Shown piece by piece: positions 17,926 through 27,166 of a stretch of 64,000 nucleotides of DNA. Every line of letters begins with the position of its first letter. The first letter of the stretch is position 1. Under the pieces are notes generated by a model. The model worked only from the letters and a program-made list of their open reading frames with translations, did not search any database and was not told where the DNA came from. The DNA is from Magnetococcales bacterium (GTDB lineage: Bacteria; Pseudomonadota; Magnetococcia; Magnetococcales; UBA8363): assembly GCA_015228975.1 (NCBI GenBank), contig JADGCN010000003.1:1617-65616 (forward strand), read 5' to 3'. Position numbers and translations under genes: made by a program.

Positions 17926-20214
17926 TTAATCCACCAAGGCGGCAAGTTTATCAAGCAGCAAAACCATATCCACCGGCTTTGCCATATGATCATTGGCTCC
18001 CGCTGCCATGGCCCGACGCCGATCATCGTCCATGGCTTTGGCGGTCAGGGCGATGATCGGTAAATGGCTCCATTGCGGGTTTTCCCGCAGGCGGCGTATC
18101 GTCTCGTAGCCATCCATCACCGGCATCATCACATCCATGATGACGCAGTCGATGGATTTAAATTTTTCCAAGGACTCCAATGCTTTCGCCCCATTGGCGG
18201 CCATGAGTGTCTTGAGTTGATACCGCTCCAGTTCCCGGGTCATGGCGTACAGGTTGCGCACATCATCGTCTACCAACAACACTGTTTTATCGTAAAGGTT
18301 ACAGTGCCTTTCCCGGGTTGCGACAAGCGATGTGGTTGGCGATGTTTCCTCGGGTGATGGGGCTACTGACGTTTCGCCCAATATAAGGGTCATCTCCTTG
18401 AGCAACCGCGCCGGGGAGTGTGCCCCCTTGACCACAATGGCATCGGTGAATCTTTTCAATCGGTCGTATTCGTCTCGTGACAACTCCTGACCGGAATAAA
18501 CAATCGTCGGCGGCTTCACCAAGGCGGACTCCAGTGCCAACTGTTCCAGCCAGTCCAATCCATGGATATCAGGGAGCTGTAAATCGAGAATCATGCAAGC
18601 GAATGGTCGTTCCCGGAGCAGGGTCAATGCCTGGATACCCGTGGCTGCCTGGGTCACCTGCACCGGGTAGGAGCGCAACAAATGCATCAAGGAGGCACAC
18701 GCGTTGGCATCGTCCTCGATAAGCAGCAGGGGGCATGGGGCCATCATGGTATATTTCGCGGGCAATGATAGTGTTTCCGATGCCGAATCTTCGTCGATCC
18801 CGGTACGGAATGTCGAATCGGGTAGCCCTGGGGGGATCGCCAATGCCGCTGACGCATTTGTCACGGGGGAACCTTGCCCCTCCTTGCCTTTTACGTGGGT
18901 TGACAGCGCTTGGATCATCCTGGAAAGATCACAGCCCGATTCATAAATCAGGGCTGCATCGGCCAATTGTCGATCGTTCAGGTTGTGGTAGGCATTGTCA
19001 GAAAAACTCTTTGCAAGGATCATCAACGTGTTCAATGGGGTACGTAGATCATGTGACAGTTCGGCCAAAATTTCGGATTTGGTGTCGATAGCCCATTGCA
19101 ACTCTTTGGCACGAAGCTGTAGTGCCTCCTGAGTTTTGGTGAGTTCCAGATTTTTTCTCTCCACCTCTTGCTTTTGCTCTGCGATCAAACGGGCATGATT
19201 TTCCATGGCTTCGTTGGCGACACGCAACTCTTCCTTTTGTTCCTGGAGTTGCGTCTGCGCCAGTTGCAAATCAATTTTTTGCTCCTGAAGCCTGGCGTTG
19301 GACTGACGCAAGGCGCGACTTGAGATACGTAGAGATTGGCTTTGTTCACGCAGTTTGGCCAAATTTTTTTCGGTGAGTTCATGGGCCAGGGCCGCACTGA
19401 TGGCCATGGCGACACTTTCGCTGACGCTGGTTAAGAAGGCGAGATGCGTATCGGTAAAGGTGGTGAACGTACCCAGTTCCAAAACGGCGTTGACCTTATC
19501 ATGCTGCATAAATGGAAATATCAACAACACCTTGGGGACGGCCCCGCCCAGACCCGATTGGACTTCGATATGCCCGGGAGGTACCTTGGTGATGAGGAGA
19601 TACTGTTTTTCCAGAAGAACCTGCCCCACCAATCCTTCACCGGGGACGAACACATGATTGGGTGATTTGCGAAGCTGATAGGCATAGCTGCCCAGCATGC
19701 GGATGCTGCCTTCATGATTCATGGCATAAAAAGCCCCCATGGACGCTCCCAGGTATTGGGAAAGGAAGGCGACCACGGCGCTGCTGAGAGCGGGTAATTC
19801 ATTTTTTTCCCCAAGAAGTTTGTGGAGCAGGGCCGCACCTTCCTGGTGCCACTGGATTTGCGATTGAATTTTATGCTGTTGCGCCACATTTTCCGCCAGG
19901 GTATTCAATCCCCGTCCCAACCGACCGATGACACCCCGTTCCTGATCGGCGAAGCGAACCGTCATGTCCCCCGCTGCCATTTGGGTGAGTACCTGTTCCA
20001 GTTGTTGCAGCTCCGCACTTTGGCGTCGCTCGTACAGCCAAACCAGACCACCTCCCAAGGCCATCAACGACAACGCGATCATCGCCCAGGCAAGCATTTC
20101 CTTTGTATGCGGAAAAAATTCCCAGGACAGGTGAACCAGCAGCAAAATGGCTGCTGCACCGAGAAATACGGTAACAAGGGTGCCTCTTTTATGGGGTTGG
20201 GTGCCGATGTTCAT
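17926..20214 (-). CDS. Membrane HAMP-GAF-coiled coil-HisKA-REC-REC protein lacking an HATPase_c domain
   Basis: Two TM helices with a short loop, then HAMP-like and GAF-like segments. H-box LSHDLRTPLN is at aa 386-395. Only about 75 aa separate the DHp region from the first REC, and no N, G1 or G2 boxes are present. Confidence 0.8.
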   Translation of the reverse strand: MNIGTQPHKRGTLVTVFLGAAAILLLVHLSWEFFPHTKEMLAWAMIALSLMALGGGLVWLYERRQSAELQQLEQVLTQMAAGDMTVRFADQERGVIGRLGRGLNTLAENVAQQHKIQSQIQWHQEGAALLHKLLGEKNELPALSSAVVAFLSQYLGASMGAFYAMNHEGSIRMLGSYAYQLRKSPNHVFVPGEGLVGQVLLEKQYLLITKVPPGHIEVQSGLGGAVPKVLLIFPFMQHDKVNAVLELGTFTTFTDTHLAFLTSVSESVAMAISAALAHELTEKNLAKLREQSQSLRISSRALRQSNARLQEQKIDLQLAQTQLQEQKEELRVANEAMENHARLIAEQKQEVERKNLELTKTQEALQLRAKELQWAIDTKSEILAELSHDLRTPLNTLMILAKSFSDNAYHNLNDRQLADAALIYESGCDLSRMIQALSTHVKGKEGQGSPVTNASAALAIPPGLPDSTFRTGIDEDSASETLSLPAKYTMMAPCPLLLIEDDANACASLMHLLRSYPVQVTQAATGIQALTLLRERPFACMILDLQLPDIHGLDWLEQLALESALVKPPTIVYSGQELSRDEYDRLKRFTDAIVVKGAHSPARLLKEMTLILGETSVAPSPEETSPTTSLVATRERHCNLYDKTVLLVDDDVRNLYAMTRELERYQLKTLMAANGAKALESLEKFKSIDCVIMDVMMPVMDGYETIRRLRENPQWSHLPIIALTAKAMDDDRRRAMAAGANDHMAKPVDMVLLLDKLAALVD

Positions 20215-20217
20215 GGT

Positions 20218-23200
20218 TCACTGGTACAACCAGACTTGCAGCATCGCCAGGAGCTTGTTCATGTCTACGGGTTTGGCCAAAAAATCGTTGGCACCGGCGC
20301 TGAGGCATTGTTTCCGGTCTTCCTCCATCGCCTTGGCTGTCAGGGCGATGATGGGCAGGTTTGGGTACATGGGGTTTTGCCGAATACATCGCATCGCCTC
20401 AAAACCGTCCATCACCGGCATCATGATATCCATCAACACGGCATCGATTTCAGGATGTTCGGCCATGACTTCAAGGGCCTCCTTGCCGGTACCGGCTGTG
20501 AGTACCCGCAACTCTTTACGTTCTAACATGCGCGCCAAGACCCGGGTATTGCGCATATCGTCATCAACGACCAGTATGGTTTTGTTTTTGAAGACCTCCT
20601 TGGGATCGTGGAGTCTTGCGCCCTTTTTGTCCACCCCCGGGGGGAGATCCTGGTTCACCCGGTGGAGGAACAACGTCACATCCTCCGCTTGATGTGGCGT
20701 CGAAGCCAGAATTTTCTGGATATCCGCCTTGGAAACAGGTTTACTTAAATGACTTGTCGCCCCTTTGGCAATACCATTCACACCGTGATCCGCCCCCGAC
20801 AGGATATGGACCGGAATGGCACTGGTTGCGGGATTGCTTTTCAGGCATTCCAATACCGCCCAACCATCCATGACGGGCAGGCCGATATCCAGGATGATGC
20901 CGCTGGGAATGTGGTTCAGGGCAAGTTCCAATCCGCTCTGGCCATCGGTAGCCATAAGGGTTTTAAAGCCTTTTTCCCCGGCGATTTGCGCGACCAAGTT
21001 GGCAAACTGTGGGTCATCCTCGACGATTAACACCACGCGATCACCCGTCAGGATATCCGGGCGATTGTCGGTTGCCGTCCGTGGCATGGGTCGGGTACCG
21101 TTTGGCTGCGGGAGAGGAGGGGGTGAGGAGGTCGTGGTGGCGGAAGCATTGGCTTCGAGCCAGGGGAGCAGCAAGGTGAATATGCTGCCGACACCTTCAC
21201 GGCTGACCAGGTTGATGGTTCCGCCCAAAAGTTGTGCCAACTGCATCGAGATTGTCAATCCCAGACCGGTACCCCCGAATTTGCGACTGGTGGAGCCATC
21301 CGCCTGCTGAAAGGCCTCAAAAATGGTGGCATGTTTTTCCGGGGGGATGCCGATCCCCGTATCCCTGACGCTGATGGCGACACCCGTAACCGGGATATCC
21401 GTTGGCGCTTTCCCTACGCGAAAGTTGCCGGGCAGGGGGGCGAATTCCAGGGTAACCCCCCCTTGTTGGGTAAATTTAAACGCATTGGCCAAAAGATTTT
21501 TGATGATGCGGGACACCTTATCCCAATCGGTGCTCAAGGTTTTGGGGCAATCGGCGGCGGGATCGGCGATTTGAAAGGTTAATCCCTTCTTGCGGGCTAC
21601 ATGACGAAAATTTTGTTCCATGGTCAGGGCGAATTCATGAATACTCATGGTTTCGATCAGGCAATCCATCCGTCCCGCCTCAATCTTGGCCAAATCCAGG
21701 ATCTCATTGATCAATCCCAACAAGTCCCGGCCCGAATTGTGGATAATGGTGGCGTCTTCCACCTGTTGCGGTGTCAGGTTGCCCTCATGGTTTTCACAAA
21801 AATTATTGGCAAGAATGAGCAGACTGTTTAACGGTGTCCTGAGTTCATGGGACATGTTGGAGAGGAATTGCGATTTGTAGCGGTTGGCCTGTTCCAGATC
21901 GAATGCTTTTTGCTCCAATTCCTTGCGAATGGCCTGGAGTGCCAGATTTTTCTTTTGGTCCGCCACATTTTGTTCCTCCAACTGTTGGGCATTGATGGCC
22001 AATGCCTCGTTGGAAACCCGCAGTTCTTCCTGTTGTTGCAGCAACGTCGCTTCGGATGCTTGCAGTTCCCGGGTTTTTTCTTGCAATTCCTGATTGGAGC
22101 GTTGCATCTCGGCACCAATCTTTTCCAATGCCTCAGCCTGCTTTTGCGAATGGGCCAACGCCTGTTGCAACAAGGTTCGCGAGTTGGCTGCTGCCACGGC
22201 CATGGCGATGCTGATGGCTTCTTGCGCCAAAAATTCCAAATGGTGATCGTTAAATGCGGCAAACGCCCCCAGCTCGACAATCGCTTCCACCTTGTCGTGG
22301 ACCATGAAAGGAAAGAGCAGCAGGTACCCTGGTTGACTCTCTCCCAATCCCGATTGGATGCGAAAATATTCCGCGGGCAGGGGGTGAATACGCATGGGGG
22401 TTTTGTTTACCAGACATTGTCCCACCAGACCTTCCCCGGGTTTGAAGGTCACGTTTTGCAGGCGTGTTTCCAGAGATAAGGCAAAATGGCCGTACAGCAT
22501 GACCCCGCCATCGGACTGGATCACATACAAGGCCCCTATCGGACAGTCAAGCCAGGAGGCCAGAAATGAGACGGTTTCCGCCGCCAATTCGCCCAACTCT
22601 TTCTCCCCGCGCAAACGTCGATTCAATTCTGCCGCCCCTTGTTCCATCCATGACGTGCGCAGTTTGTTTTCGTGAACCGCGATGAGTGTCGCGGCCATTT
22701 TTTCGAAAGCGTGAACCAGGAGACCCACTTCATTATTGGGAGCGGCAATGGATTCCATGACCCATTCGCCTTCCTGAATTTTTCTCGACCATTGGGTCAG
22801 GCGTTGCACAGGGGTGACGATGTGTCCGGCAACACGTCCCGCCACCAACAAAACCAAAACCGAGACCAGTATCAAAACGATTACCAATTGATTGCGTAAC
22901 CGCGACGACGGGGCGAAAAATTCCCTGGCTTCCATCTCCGCGAACAATCCCCAGTGGACCCCAAGGTCTGCCATGAAATGCAAATCTTTATAGGTTCCAA
23001 GTACTTCATGACCATCATAGTCTGTATAGGTTTCATAGGTCACCGACATGGGTTGGTTTTCTGTCTGGGCTTTTTGCGAGGTATCGTGCGTTGTGACCTG
23101 CCCATGGATTGCTTGACCAGGGGGTGTCGACTGCAACCATTGGCGCGACAACCATGTGTCCACCCGGACATCGCTGGCGACGGTTTGTTTGATGACTCGC

Positions 23201-23964
23201 GAAGGGGAACGCATTTTCAGGTCCGATCCCACCAGATAGGTTTCGCCGGTCACTCCCAATCCAACGTTGGTTTCCATGAGTTGAAACAAGGGGGCCAGCG
23301 AAATCTCCAGGATAATGACCCCGGTCACCTGGCCGTTTTCCCCCAGCATGGGTTGGATGAGATATCCGGACTGCGCCATGACACGATTGGGCTGCAAGTC
23401 GGAAAACACCGCTTTCTTGTTTTCCAGGGCTTTCTGGACGGATTCTCCCAATAGCAACGTTTTTTCTGTTCCCGCCAATAGGTTGCTCCCCAATAGTGGG
23501 TCGGGATGGTGCGAAAACAGCACCGTTCCACCCGGTTCCATCAGGAAATAGTTTTTGTAGCCATAGGTTGCGACAAACTCCGCGATGTCTCGCCCCTCTT
23601 TTTCCACCCGTTGGGTCCAGGAATGACTTTTTACAAACGCCTCCGCCGGGAGGGTGCTGGCTCGCCATGCGTTTCCAAGATCGGTGATCAGGTGCAAACG
23701 TGCCTGTGACAGGGATTCCCGTTGCAAATGAAGGAGCTGTTCTGTAAACAACATTTCCATTGCTGTGTATTTCAGGGCCACAGCGATGGATAATTTTTGG
23801 CTGGTTTCGGTGCGTAACGCCTCAACGGATTTGGAATATCCCAGCCAACTGATAAATCCCAGCGGCAGCAGGGAGAGTCCCAGAAGCCATAGGAATACGG
23901 TTCGCCCCAAACCGGAGCGAATGGGAAAGGTTGCCAAGGGGGAGGGTGGTTTTGGTGTGGGCAA
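20218..23964 (-). CDS. Hybrid sensor histidine kinase: TM-dCache-TM-HAMP-GAF-coiled coil-HisKA-HATPase_c-REC-REC
   Basis: Periplasmic region with the dCache-like GETYLVGSDLKMRS. H-box MSHELRTPLN. NAFKFT, RDTGIGI and GGTGLGLTI boxes. Two receiver domains. Confidence 0.9.
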   Translation of the reverse strand: MPTPKPPSPLATFPIRSGLGRTVFLWLLGLSLLPLGFISWLGYSKSVEALRTETSQKLSIAVALKYTAMEMLFTEQLLHLQRESLSQARLHLITDLGNAWRASTLPAEAFVKSHSWTQRVEKEGRDIAEFVATYGYKNYFLMEPGGTVLFSHHPDPLLGSNLLAGTEKTLLLGESVQKALENKKAVFSDLQPNRVMAQSGYLIQPMLGENGQVTGVIILEISLAPLFQLMETNVGLGVTGETYLVGSDLKMRSPSRVIKQTVASDVRVDTWLSRQWLQSTPPGQAIHGQVTTHDTSQKAQTENQPMSVTYETYTDYDGHEVLGTYKDLHFMADLGVHWGLFAEMEAREFFAPSSRLRNQLVIVLILVSVLVLLVAGRVAGHIVTPVQRLTQWSRKIQEGEWVMESIAAPNNEVGLLVHAFEKMAATLIAVHENKLRTSWMEQGAAELNRRLRGEKELGELAAETVSFLASWLDCPIGALYVIQSDGGVMLYGHFALSLETRLQNVTFKPGEGLVGQCLVNKTPMRIHPLPAEYFRIQSGLGESQPGYLLLFPFMVHDKVEAIVELGAFAAFNDHHLEFLAQEAISIAMAVAAANSRTLLQQALAHSQKQAEALEKIGAEMQRSNQELQEKTRELQASEATLLQQQEELRVSNEALAINAQQLEEQNVADQKKNLALQAIRKELEQKAFDLEQANRYKSQFLSNMSHELRTPLNSLLILANNFCENHEGNLTPQQVEDATIIHNSGRDLLGLINEILDLAKIEAGRMDCLIETMSIHEFALTMEQNFRHVARKKGLTFQIADPAADCPKTLSTDWDKVSRIIKNLLANAFKFTQQGGVTLEFAPLPGNFRVGKAPTDIPVTGVAISVRDTGIGIPPEKHATIFEAFQQADGSTSRKFGGTGLGLTISMQLAQLLGGTINLVSREGVGSIFTLLLPWLEANASATTTSSPPPLPQPNGTRPMPRTATDNRPDILTGDRVVLIVEDDPQFANLVAQIAGEKGFKTLMATDGQSGLELALNHIPSGIILDIGLPVMDGWAVLECLKSNPATSAIPVHILSGADHGVNGIAKGATSHLSKPVSKADIQKILASTPHQAEDVTLFLHRVNQDLPPGVDKKGARLHDPKEVFKNKTILVVDDDMRNTRVLARMLERKELRVLTAGTGKEALEVMAEHPEIDAVLMDIMMPVMDGFEAMRCIRQNPMYPNLPIIALTAKAMEEDRKQCLSAGANDFLAKPVDMNKLLAMLQVWLYQ

Positions 23965-24041
23965 GGAGCGTCTCTATCCGTTCTTAAAGATTCCGAACGG
24001 TTGCAGTGGTGTGATCATCGGTAATCATTCGGTTGCCACTT

Positions 24042-24455
24042 TCATGAAGATCCGACTTGCTCATCGCGGTGCCGCTTCGCAGCAACATGAGTGCGAACAA
24101 GTTCCAACAGCGTGGGGGGGCTCACCGGTTTGGTGAGATAACCGGCTGCTCCCAACGCCAATCCTTTGTTTTGATCCGCCTCGTCGTTCCGTCCCGTGAC
24201 AAACAGGATACAGATTTCAGAAGTTTCATGATTGCTTTTTATGGCGGTACATACCTCATAACCATCCATTTCCGGCATGGTAACGTCCAACAAAACAAGG
24301 TCAATTCTTTCCCGGTCGATGAGCTTCAGGGCATCTTTGCCGCTGGTGGCCATGCGCACCTGAAACTCCTCCCGCAAAATGATCGCCAGTGTTTTAATGT
24401 TTCCGGGAACATCGTCAACAATCAATACCCGAGCCCTTTCATCAGCAGCAGTCAT
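24042..24455 (-). CDS. Single-domain response regulator (CheY-like receiver)
   Basis: 137 aa, with VLIVDD...LLDVTMPEMDGYEV...TKP. The start overlaps the upstream stop (ATGA). Confidence 0.85.
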   Translation of the reverse strand: MTAADERARVLIVDDVPGNIKTLAIILREEFQVRMATSGKDALKLIDRERIDLVLLDVTMPEMDGYEVCTAIKSNHETSEICILFVTGRNDEADQNKGLALGAAGYLTKPVSPPTLLELVRTHVAAKRHRDEQVGSS

Positions 24456-27157
24456 GACTTATCGTTCCCAAAATCCATATCCAACGCCTTGGCCAAGGCG
24501 CAGAGTGTCGCCGAGGCTGCAGAAAAGTCGATCCGATCAATCTGCTCCTCCAATTGTTTGATTGTCTCCAGGATCCCCTTGTTCCCGCTCATCAGATGGG
24601 GTTTGAGGGCATCAAACGTATCTTGAGTTTCCACTGCCCCCAACCCGATTTCCCGAGACAACTTGCGCATCAGGGGAAAGACGGCGTCTTCGTTGATTGT
24701 TGTTGCCATCGTCGTGACATCGGATGAATCATGATTGGTTTTCCCCCGCTCCTCACGTTGCAACTGCGAGATGGTTTCCAATACCTCGGCCAAGGCTTCT
24801 TCAAAAGAGTCCATGCCGCTCACCATTTCTTCCAAAGATCCGGCGATCCCTTTCTCCAGGGTCAGCGCGGCATTGTAGAGGCGGGGGGCGGAAATGTTAC
24901 CCGCAATTCCTTTGATGGTGTGAATCAGACGGGTCACTGCCAGGGTCTTTTCCTCCTGCTTGCTCAGCAATCCGTCACGAACCTGTCTGGCTGCCTGGGC
25001 ATAATCTTTATGAAACTCAGTGAGCAGGGAGCGATAAACCCGGCGGTTACCAGCAAGGCGTTCCATGGCGGTCTGCCAATCGAGGCCAGGCAAGTTTTGC
25101 GGAAAATCCAACCCATCGTTCCTTGGCATCTCTGGTTTTCCGGGAGGGGGCACCATGCCCAACCCGTCCCGTGGGGCAATCCTTTTGACGAGGGTACTGT
25201 AAAGCTGCCTCCTGTCGATGGGCTTGGTGATATGATCATTCATTCCAGCCTGCAAACTTTTTTGCCGGTCACCCGTCATGGCATGCGCCGTCATGGCAAC
25301 AATGGGCAGGGTATCTTTTCCTGGCAATTCACGGATACGACGCGTTGCCTGGTAGCCATCCATGACCGGCATTTGGATGTCCATCAGTACGATATCATAC
25401 ATGTTTCTGGTCACTTTGATGACCGCCTCCCTCCCGTCCTGGGCCGTTTCCGTCACACAGCCCACTTCCTGCAACAATTCCAAGGCCACTTGGCGGTTGA
25501 TGGCATTGTCTTCGACCAGCAATACCTGCGCACCGCCTATTTTTGCCATGACATCGGCAGCATGGATGGTTTTCTTGCTGCGGCGAATTGTTTTGGTGGC
25601 TTGCCGTCCAAAGGTGTTCATGATTTTATCAAACAGGATCGAACAATTGACCGGCTTGGGGAGATAATCAGTTACCCCAACTGCTTTTCCCTGGCTCCGC
25701 AACTGTTCTTCACGGTCGTAGGGGCCCAGAAGCAACGTTTGGTAAGGGGACTCGGGGATATTGTGTTCTTTAAGGTGCTGTGCGGTTTGAATGCCGTCCA
25801 TCTCTGGCATGAGCCAATCCAGCAATACCAATTGGAACGGGGCGTTTTCGGCAATGGCTTGTTGAAAAGCGGCAACGGCTTCCTTGCCAGAACCGACTAC
25901 CGTCGGTGCCAATCCAAACATGGCGAGGACTTTTTCCATGGCCCGGCGTGCCGTTGCATTGTCATCAACCACCAGGGCTTTGAGTCGTTCCAATTCATCG
26001 GGAATGCTTAAATCCTTGTCCATGTCGCCGATAATGCGATCAAAGCCAATGGTGAAACGAAATGCGCTGCCTTGACCCGGGGTGGAGGATACGTCGATGG
26101 TTCCGCCCATCAACGCCACCAGTTTTTTGCTGATGGAAAGCCCCAGACCGGTACCACCGTAGCGGCGGGTGACGGAGGAGTCCGCCTGGGAAAATGCCTG
26201 AAAAAGCATTTCCAACGCGCTTTCCGACATGCCAATGCCGGTATCACGAACCGTAAATTGTAGATCCACCCGGGTTGGTGATTCCTGGAGAGTGGTGACC
26301 TGGATCTCGATTTCACCCTCTTCGGTAAATTTCAAGGCATTGCCAACCAGGTTCATTAAAATTTGTTCCAGGCGCAGCAAGTCGCCAATCAGTTCGTAGC
26401 GGCACTCATCCGAATAACACAGGATCAGTTCAATATGTTTCTCGGTTGTTTGGATGCGAAACATATCGGCCAGATGATCAAAGGCGTCACGCAACAGGAA
26501 TGGTGCCTGCTCCAACTCCAGTTTACCCGCGTCAATCTTGGAAAAATCAAGAATATCATTGATAATGCGTAATAATGATTGTGATGAATGAGAAATTTTT
26601 CCCAGATAATCGCGTACCTTGGGGGGCAGTTCCATCCGCAGGGCCAAATCGGACAAGCCGATGATGGCGTTCATCGGTGTACGGATTTCATGGCTCATAT
26701 TGGCGATAAATTCACTCTTGTATTGATTGACCTCACGCAATTGCGCGGTTATGCGTTGCAATTCCTCCCGTTGCCTTTTGATCAATACCTGATTGTTGAC
26801 CCGGGCCATGACCGCAAAGGGATTAAATGGTTTGGTGATATAATCAATGGCCCCGTGCGCCAATCCCATGGCTTCATCATGGGTGCTGTCGCGGGCAGTC
26901 AGGAAGATGATGGGAATGTCCCGGGTTTCTTCCTTGGCTTTGAGACGCATGCAGACGTCGAATCCGTTCAAATGCGGCATCTCGATGTCCAGGAGGAGTA
27001 CATCGGGTTGGAATTGCGTGACCACCTCCAAAGCTTCCAACCCATCGGTGGCAATGGCAATTTCGTATTCGGCAGCCAACATTTCCACCAATATTTTAAT
27101 ATTGCCGGGAGAATCTTCCGCGATGACGATTTTGGCTTTGGAGGTCGTGGTCGACAT
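24452..27157 (-). CDS. Hybrid sensor histidine kinase: REC-HisKA-HATPase_c-REC-REC-Hpt
   Basis: Same architecture as 13659-16520 and clearly paralogous. H-box [10 protein letters not shown], HATPase boxes, three receivers and Hpt motif HTIKGIAGN. Confidence 0.9.
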   Translation of the reverse strand: MSTTTSKAKIVIAEDSPGNIKILVEMLAAEYEIAIATDGLEALEVVTQFQPDVLLLDIEMPHLNGFDVCMRLKAKEETRDIPIIFLTARDSTHDEAMGLAHGAIDYITKPFNPFAVMARVNNQVLIKRQREELQRITAQLREVNQYKSEFIANMSHEIRTPMNAIIGLSDLALRMELPPKVRDYLGKISHSSQSLLRIINDILDFSKIDAGKLELEQAPFLLRDAFDHLADMFRIQTTEKHIELILCYSDECRYELIGDLLRLEQILMNLVGNALKFTEEGEIEIQVTTLQESPTRVDLQFTVRDTGIGMSESALEMLFQAFSQADSSVTRRYGGTGLGLSISKKLVALMGGTIDVSSTPGQGSAFRFTIGFDRIIGDMDKDLSIPDELERLKALVVDDNATARRAMEKVLAMFGLAPTVVGSGKEAVAAFQQAIAENAPFQLVLLDWLMPEMDGIQTAQHLKEHNIPESPYQTLLLGPYDREEQLRSQGKAVGVTDYLPKPVNCSILFDKIMNTFGRQATKTIRRSKKTIHAADVMAKIGGAQVLLVEDNAINRQVALELLQEVGCVTETAQDGREAVIKVTRNMYDIVLMDIQMPVMDGYQATRRIRELPGKDTLPIVAMTAHAMTGDRQKSLQAGMNDHITKPIDRRQLYSTLVKRIAPRDGLGMVPPPGKPEMPRNDGLDFPQNLPGLDWQTAMERLAGNRRVYRSLLTEFHKDYAQAARQVRDGLLSKQEEKTLAVTRLIHTIKGIAGNISAPRLYNAALTLEKGIAGSLEEMVSGMDSFEEALAEVLETISQLQREERGKTNHDSSDVTTMATTINEDAVFPLMRKLSREIGLGAVETQDTFDALKPHLMSGNKGILETIKQLEEQIDRIDFSAASATLCALAKALDMDFGNDKS

Positions 27158-27166
27158 AAATTCCCC

